NCBI GenBank assembly: GCA_008636045.1
Contig: SNRW01000069.1
Location: forward strand, 1-32,537
Direction of reading: 5' to 3'
Origin: Streblomastix strix
Lineage: Eukaryota
Length of the DNA stretch: 32,537 nucleotides
The stretch's first letter is position 1. Each line of letters starts with the position of its first letter. Below are positions 25,653 to 32,537 of the stretch, piece after piece. Both the position numbers and the translations under genes were made by a program. Under the pieces are notes generated by a model. The model made no database searches. It saw nothing but the letters and a program-made list of their open reading frames with translations, and had not been told where the DNA came from.

Positions 25653-26010
25653 GAGGACATGATTGCAACTAAGAAAAATGCAAAGTGCACAATATATTAC
25701 TCTCCAACACAGGAAGATGCAGCAACAGGCACAGGAGGACTTCATGCTGTTTAGTGGAACTAGGGAATACTTATTTACCCATCATTGACATTAATGGGCA
25801 TAGTTATTCAGAAACTTCGCACAGTAAGCAATTGCACAGCAGTGGTGATAGCAATAGACTAACCAAATCAATGGTGATCTCAACAAACGCAAAACATGGC
25901 ATCGGACTAGATTATTCTAGATAATTTCAAACTAATATTCAAACAAGCCCACTCAATGAAGCACAGGAAAATAAAACTATCTCCAGAAAGAGTAATAAAA
26001 TACGTGATTG
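25653..26010 (+). pseudogene. Dam-like DNA adenine methyltransferase-like domain of DIRS pol
   Basis: EDMIATKKNAKCTIYYSP...WNQGILIYPSLTLMGIVIQKL...AVVIAIDQPNQW*S matches the recalled DIRS MT pattern DxFAxxxNxKxxxY-S...W...xPPxxL..VxxK...WPxQxW, and lies directly after RNase H. Confidence 0.7.
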
Positions 26011-26079
26011 GAACTGAAGAGGAGATATAATCTTCAACTAACTTTCAATTGCTAAACCATTAGAAATAGAAGAATAAGA

Positions 26080-26985
26080 ATCTTAGATTAAAGAGATGAA
26101 TACCAATCTTTGGAGAACACGAAGAGCTGCACTTTCTTATCCGACTGTTTATTTTAAAACGACGAACAAAAATGCCCCATCTCTTCATAAAAGAAATATA
26201 GTTCTAGACGCTAGAAGAACACTAGATGGAATGCAAAAGATTGGCAAATCTAACTAATAAATGATTGTAATTAAAAGAGGGGAATGTTCATTTTTTGCAG
26301 TACTCATAAAATGCAAAGACTTCATAAAATCTCCATTAATCTCATCCTTTATGAAACCAATAGTGTCTGGAATAATAAAGAAACCAAGATATAGCAAAGC
26401 CTGGAACATTAACAAGCTATTCGAATTTGAAAGTCTTAAGAGCAATGAGAAGACACAATAAAACGTCAAGCTGCATATTTTTACAATATTAGAAACCCAT
26501 TCAACTTTGCGTGGCACAGAGCTTGCTTCGATTACTAAGAAATAAATAACAGTGGGCACTGACAGCATTAAGATAATTGTCTCGAAAAGAAAAGCAAAGA
26601 ATGCAGGAGAGAAATTATAATAAGACCAAGATTCGATAAAACGATTTGTCCATATGTAGCACTTTCCAAATGGATTGAAATGTTGAACAATAGATTCTTC
26701 AACTAGAACTCCGTTTGTTTAAACAAAGAAACTTCCAGGCAACAGATTAAAGCGTTAGAGATTTTTTGAGAACAAAAAATAGGTAAGCAGGAATAGGTAA
26801 AGAATATGTATCTAAAACAATAAGACATTGAGTATTGACTCAATTGGAAAAATCCAATCATTCACTAAAATATGTTAATATGATTACAGATCACGCACTG
26901 GGATCCATATCAGTAGATGAATACTACAACAAACCGGATCACCATCTTGGCACAAATAACTTTATTAATCAAAGTGTGCCAACCA
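26080..26985 (+). pseudogene. Tyrosine recombinase of the DIRS element
   Basis: KKPRYSKAWNINKLF, STLRGTELASI (catalytic R at 26510), ICPYVALSKW, AGIGKEYVSKTIRH, ITDHALGS, VDEYYNKP (catalytic Tyr region 26922-26927). Frameshifts near 26610 and 26740. Confidence 0.85.
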
Positions 26986-27599
26986 CTTTTCATTATTTTA
27001 TTCAGTTTGTTCATTTTCAATTATCATCTCTTTTCTATTTTTTATTAAGTAACTTAATAAATGTACGATTCGCAGTTAAATGTCATCATAAATTTGAGAT
27101 TGTTATTCAATAATTTCTTCACGAAAACTTGGAACATTTTTAGTTAAATCTTAATTCAACAAACTGTACTTTCCAAGTTGAGTGACAGAAAATACATGTG
27201 CTAGGAATCTACCTCTTGCAGTAAGAATAATATCATTAATTATTTAATTTTTAATGACGAAGATGCACTCTTAAAGGTATTAATCATCTTTGATTGGTTT
27301 AAACTGCTTCAATTGATTAAAATATGTTGCAACTTCGACATTTATAGAAAAAACTTCACATATTGATGTATTTTCTCGTTCAAATAATGAAATAGTTAGA
27401 GTATTGGATCAAACAAAGCCCATACATTTATATATTTATTAATCTTAGTTATTGAAATAGGAATTGTAGTTGAAATTCTTCTTCCTTTTCTAGCAACCGA
27501 TAATGAAATTAGTGATGAAAATGCTCATCTCATAGAAATAAATGAAGGACTTCTAGCTTAGATCAATCGTTTTGCATTTTATTTTCAAGGTTCTGAAGA

Positions 27600-28790
27600 T
27601 ATAGTTTTCACATTTTTCACTTAATCATCTAGATTCAAACAGTACAAGCAAGCAAACTTAACTAACAAATCAAAGACATGGCGCATTCAGGAATAATGAG
27701 GTATTAACAGTTTCCCTTTTTATGTGATATTTTTGAATTATCCATCTGGATTTGTAGGAGGTAATGCTTCGACTTGATGTTTTAGAGCGTTAATTACGAA
27801 AGATGAAGGTATTATTTGAATTTCAATTATGTGATCGTAAAGGAATGCGCCATCTTTAAAGTAGTCAATTTTCTTTGATGATTAAATTTGCTTTATATCA
27901 AGCATTTTAGCTTCCTCTTGAGATGAGGTTGCGATAAGAAATCCTTTATTACAAGTCTTCCTCCAAAAGTTCCTGCATCCAACGGTTCAGAAGAATATTC
28001 ATCTTGCAACTATATTAAATTTTCAATTCTTAATTATGAGTCTATTATTCCAATATCCTTGCTAAGTGGGATTCTATAGAAATGAATAATTACTTTCTCA
28101 AATGGAGTACCACTTTTCTCTTATCCAATTCTTGCAGACTTTATCAAAACATTCCTAATTGCATTTGATTCAGTTTGATTCAGAGAATGACTACAGTCTG
28201 CATCAACCGAAGCCATATACATTATTAGTCTTTTTGAAATTATGGAGATTTATTACTATTTTACTATTTTCTACTATTATCCAACAACCATGGCATATAA
28301 ATTCGTCGTTAAGTACTGGATGTCATTGAATCCTATCCGCGGTTTTTTTCATGAAATGCAGGCATACATCACTGAATGACTCGTTTTTATCATACTTTAA
28401 GGTATTTATTATATAATTTACATTAATTATATTGGTTTCTGATATTAATAATTTTATTTTTGGATCAGAAGAAGTATATGGAAGTTCATCAAACGATTAT
28501 TATTTAAGTCCACTTATTGCAATTCTGAAAGTATTTATATTAATTATTTCAATTCATTTAATAATTATTTAATTCAGAGTATTGATAACGAGAAATTGCA
28601 AACTGGATGCGAAGAATTTTGCATATTTGTGAAGAAATCTGAGAAGCTTCGATAAACACTTATTAGAAATTGAGTTTTAGAGATTGCCCGAATTGAATTT
28701 GTATTTAAATTATAGCACTTCAATTCTGATTCCATTTATGAAGTTCAAGGACAGAAAAATGTGAGAAATAGCCAAGAAATTTGATTAATC
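27600..28790 (-). pseudogene. Decayed, apparently intronless coding sequence of unrecognised family
   Basis: Long protein-like reads across frameshifts and TGAs: KCLSKLLRFLHKYAKFF..., FMKKTADRIQ*HPVLNDEFICHGCWIIVE, NAIRNVLIKSARIGQEKSGTPFEKVIIHFYRIP, DYFKDGAFLYDHIIEI...EALPPTNPDG. Confidence 0.45.
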
Positions 28791-29499
28791 CCTGAATATG
28801 TCATATCATAATATTTTGTAATATAAACTTAACAAACTATTTAAAATAATTGTTTATTATTGATATTATATATTATAATTGAAATTAAAACTAACAATAT
28901 TCATTATTTAATTAATAGCAAAATTTAATTCTTTTAACTTTATTAATAATTATATCAATAATTTTTATTTTTTTGTCTGACAATAAAGAAATGGAACCAA
29001 TATTTTTGTAAAACAGAACATATAAAAGGATTGCAATAATTTTGTATCGGTTTTTATTTAAAATTTACATTTTGTTATTCATTATGATTATAAATGAAGA
29101 AATGATTCAATTCTTATGATATTAATAATTATGAATTATGTTCATGAGTCAACTTTCATCAATTTTTCTGCTCGTTTGATCAAAATATTCAGCACCTGTT
29201 TGCAAAATATGTGTTTTATATTTTATTTTCTTATTGGAGCTTTTTAGATTATACTTTCCATTGTTCTTTTTTTACATTTGATTCAAGTTACTTTTATTCA
29301 TTTAATTAATCTATATATATCTATCGAATTGCTGAATAATTATCATATTTTATACATAAATATTAAACTTATTCTACTATTTCAATTAATAATCAATCAC
29401 AAATACAAATATGGATATATGTTATTTAATAATATAATCTCAACTTGCATTTTTCCTTTTTAATGGAATAATTATATATTATTTAAAATCTAGTATTAT

Positions 29500-31130
29500 T
29501 TTACATATATCTTCCAAACATTATTAAATATAATTATTATAATTTTTTCTTTTTGTTTGATATAATGCTTCACGAATACTCTTTGCAACAAGTTCTTCGA
29601 CTTATTCAATATTTATTTAAATTCTATCAAATTTATTTATATTTAAATTATACACAAGACAATAATCGCGTTTATCTTATGAATGTTTGGCTTTTAATAT
29701 TCTGCCTACAATTAAAAATTTAAAAGATGAAAACGCAATTTATTACTATGATTCCCTTTGAAACATTGAATATGATTGTGATTATGAATGATTTCATGTC
29801 AAAATATTAATTAATGAGTACATTTTTGATTTTTTTCTTTTTTACTTTTCTTTTCATTTTATATTTTTTCCAGTTTAATTTTCATCAAATTCACTTTCAA
29901 TATCTAGAACAAAAGATTTATCCTTAAATAATGACTAATATTGTGTATTATCTTCAAGATTTTCAAATTCGAACTTATCAAATTATTTTCCATTTAAATC
30001 ACTAGTTCTTTTTTAAATTTATTTCATTATCAATATCATAATTAATATTATCAATTTATTATACTTTTGTTCGTTTTTCTTTTTTCAATAATGAATTTAA
30101 TTTAAATTCATCTTTTTCAATTTCAGTTAACTCATCATCTCGTTTAATTTAATTTTAATCATAATATTCATAATTTGACTAATATATACTATCTAAATCA
30201 TCATCCTATTCACTATGGTCTATCATAACATCATTTAAAGATTACTCACAATCGAATGATGAGTCTGAATCTTTAGAATTGAAATCTTTTAAGAAACGAT
30301 TTCTGATTGTAAAGAAATTTTTTATTTTACATTTTATTCGTATTTAATATTGTTATTAATATTATTCTATTTTATATTTGTTTTTGTTGGAATTTCAAAT
30401 TTATGATGTATATTTGGAGATGATGAATTATTTAAATTTATATTTTTTAATTAATTAATATTTTTTAGTGATGTGAAGGAGAAAGAATGTTTATTTCTTT
30501 CTCTTTGTTTTATTATTTTTCATTTACGATTTTTGAAAGATTTGTTGAAAGAGATTATGTTTAAAAATTATTAAAATATGGCTTTAATATTATGGAATTA
30601 AATTTGCATGAAGATTATAAATGTTTTTCAATAAAATAAAGAATTTGAATTATTAATTCTTGAGTGAAAATTTTTTATTTTCAAATTAAATAAGTTTCTT
30701 ATTATTATTAAAATTAATGGTTTGCGTAATTTAACAACTTTTTATCTAATCTGGAAGACATTCTTACAGTGTGATGTAGTTGAAATGTTTTGCGAAGAAA
30801 TTCAAGGCTTTTATTTTCGTTTGTTGATCTGGCAGAGTATTATAAAATTTTGGGAAATTTTCAATCATTTAATATTTTTTATCTTTAATAAATTTAAATT
30901 CTAATAAATAATTATTAAAAATTTAAATGAATAAACTATTATTTTATTGCGAAACTAAATCCATAACGCTTGCACCATAAGCAGTTCCTGTAAGAAGGAA
31001 AACTAAAGCCTTTTTTGGTTCTCCATAGGATAGAGCAGTTATTGATTTAATTATATTTGAAATAATATTTTATTTAGTTTTAGGACTTTTAATGTCACAT
31101 GGCACTCTCTATTCCTTAGTATCAGTCGTG
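29500..31130 (-). pseudogene. Decayed low-complexity coding remnant
   Basis: Reads such as ITALSYGEPKKALVFLLTGTAYGASVMDLVSQ (31043-30945) and the acidic DSDSSFDCEQSLNDVMIDHSEQDDDLD (~30270-30190) require frame switches. Confidence 0.35.
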
Positions 31131-32537
31131 AAAATTAAAAAAAAGATATTTTAAGAGTTTTTTTTTAAAAAATTTTTATTTTCAATAAACAAAATTAAAA
31201 TTTCAGTATTAAATTTAAATTATATATAAATTATTATAATTATAAATATATATATTAGACATGAGATGAGTAAAGGAATATAGTTGCAATTAGCCAGACT
31301 AATATATTAATAAATGTAAAGAGAACATAAATTGATAGAAAATAAAAGATATAAATATCAGGTTTTCATTTTAAAAAAAATACAAGTTGGAAATTTGAAC
31401 GTTAATTTACGTTATTAAAATAAATTTGTAATTCAATTTAATTTAAAATTTATAGTTAAATAAAATTAAATATAATTAAACAAAAAATATGTCAAGGAAT
31501 CAAAATTATATTCATTTGAACTACAATTGCGCTTTTGTAAATTAAATTAATGTAAATCGGTTATTAAATAATTAATATTTATTATAAATATAGTATTTTG
31601 TTAAATAATATAAAAATATTCTTCAATTGCCCAAGTCATACCAGGATAAACTCAAAATAAAAAAATAATCTATCAAATTTTTAACTGTTTATATTTCAGA
31701 ATTTTTTTTATATTTTTACTTAAAATTAATTCAATTATTCAAAGTTATATTATTTATTTTACATTTAAAGAAAATATTCCGGAAACATCATGGCAAAATC
31801 TTCTGATTTTATAAAACCATATCATTTTAAACGTACTTTATTCATAATTTTACTTTTCAAGAAAAATTAACTTAAAACTATAAATTTTATTTATTAAATT
31901 TTTGTTCAAATTATTTAATTTAATATATTTAATTAAATGTTTTCTAAAATAGTTATTCAACAATCATTATATATATTTCTAAATATTTTTTATAATATTC
32001 CTTTTTATTTTTTTTTAATATTCTTATAATTGGTTAATATTTATATTCGTTTTAAATTTTTGAACCTCATCTAATCACCTTTTTTAAAATATTTCGATTT
32101 AAATTAATTTTGATAGAGTAGAATGATAATTAGTATTAAAATATAAAGAATTAGAAGAATAATTTTAAACTGAGAGACAAGATATTAAATTAATTGAGAG
32201 GAAAGAAAAATACAATCGCAAAAAATTTTTGATAATTTTTTATGAATTTTCATTTAAATTATTAAGTTAAGAATAAAAAATAATAAAAATAATGAAATTG
32301 AGCTTGTATAAAATTTTAAAGAATCATATAGAAATTAATATTGGAATTTTTCTCTGAAATCTTTAATATTTGACTAAAGATAAGTTAAAATTTGTTTGAT
32401 GAATGATAACTAATTTTGGAATAATATAAAATGAATTGCATCAGCTCTGAAAATAACATTTTAATCGACAATTTCATTGAATCCATTTCTAAGAAGCAAA
32501 TTGTTAATATTTTTTTATAATTCACTTTTATCTGAAA

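Larger units (their letters stand above)
22980..27250 (+). mobile_element. Degenerate DIRS-type (tyrosine recombinase) retrotransposon; ends approximate
   Basis: Intronless, less AT-rich block with the order gag-like ORF, RT, RNase H, Dam-like methyltransferase, tyrosine recombinase, which is the established DIRS1-group architecture. It has multiple frameshifts and TGAs. Terminal repeats were not found. Confidence 0.9.

Noticed and set aside
24860..25880. TGA=Trp code in the retroelement (several TGAs at Trp motif positions)
   Set aside because: TGG is used at adjacent Trp sites, the element is frameshifted, and neighbouring Gly codons show the same G>A change, so decay explains it better.
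24122..26985. Prokaryotic retron, DGR or phage integrase + methylase module
   Set aside because: The eukaryotic intron-containing context, host TAR=Gln usage and RT-RNaseH-MT-YR order match DIRS. No template/variable repeat pair or msr-msd structure was seen.
22980..27250. Terminal inverted or split direct repeats of the DIRS element (weak likeness of caaagtttcaacctcact ~22988 to caaagtgtgccaaccact ~26970)
   Set aside because: Too short and gapped to distinguish from chance by eye.
27250..27640. Plus-strand coding fragment (VIEIGIVVEILLPFLATDNEISDENAHLIEINEG...)
   Set aside because: Short, frame-ambiguous and without a recognisable motif. With only one stop codon, open frames of this length occur by chance.
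31130..32537. Genes or RNA genes in the terminal AT-rich stretch
   Set aside because: Extremely AT-rich with homopolymer runs; no convincing frame, tRNA cloverleaf or repeat structure found.

Overview
Very AT-rich eukaryotic nuclear DNA with short GT-AG introns (about 50-155 nt). It uses a non-standard genetic code in which TAA/TAG encode Gln and TGA is the stop, so the supplied standard-code ORF track shows only fragments. The code, intron style and recalled protein-family resemblance point to an oxymonad such as Streblomastix; this is an inference, since ciliates share the code. The left ~19.4 kb holds three genes. (1) A very large minus-strand multi-pass membrane gene of TmcB/TmcC type (10413 to <1), with two isolated in-frame TGAs and an in-frame duplicated segment at the window edge. 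(2) A minus-strand CK1/TTBK-like pseudokinase with a ~1,100-aa Gln-rich tail (15509-11121). (3) A divergently transcribed NEK-like kinase with two ARM-like helical repeat units (16100-19401), whose P+1/APE exon is present as two tandem 36-nt paralogous micro-exons. The right ~13 kb is decayed: an ARM-like pseudogene, a degenerate DIRS-type tyrosine-recombinase retrotransposon (gag-like, RT, RNase H, Dam-like MTase, YR) and other coding remnants. These carry an apparent context-biased C:G>T:A signature. No rRNA, tRNA or CRISPR array was recognised. All translations were done by hand and no database search was run.
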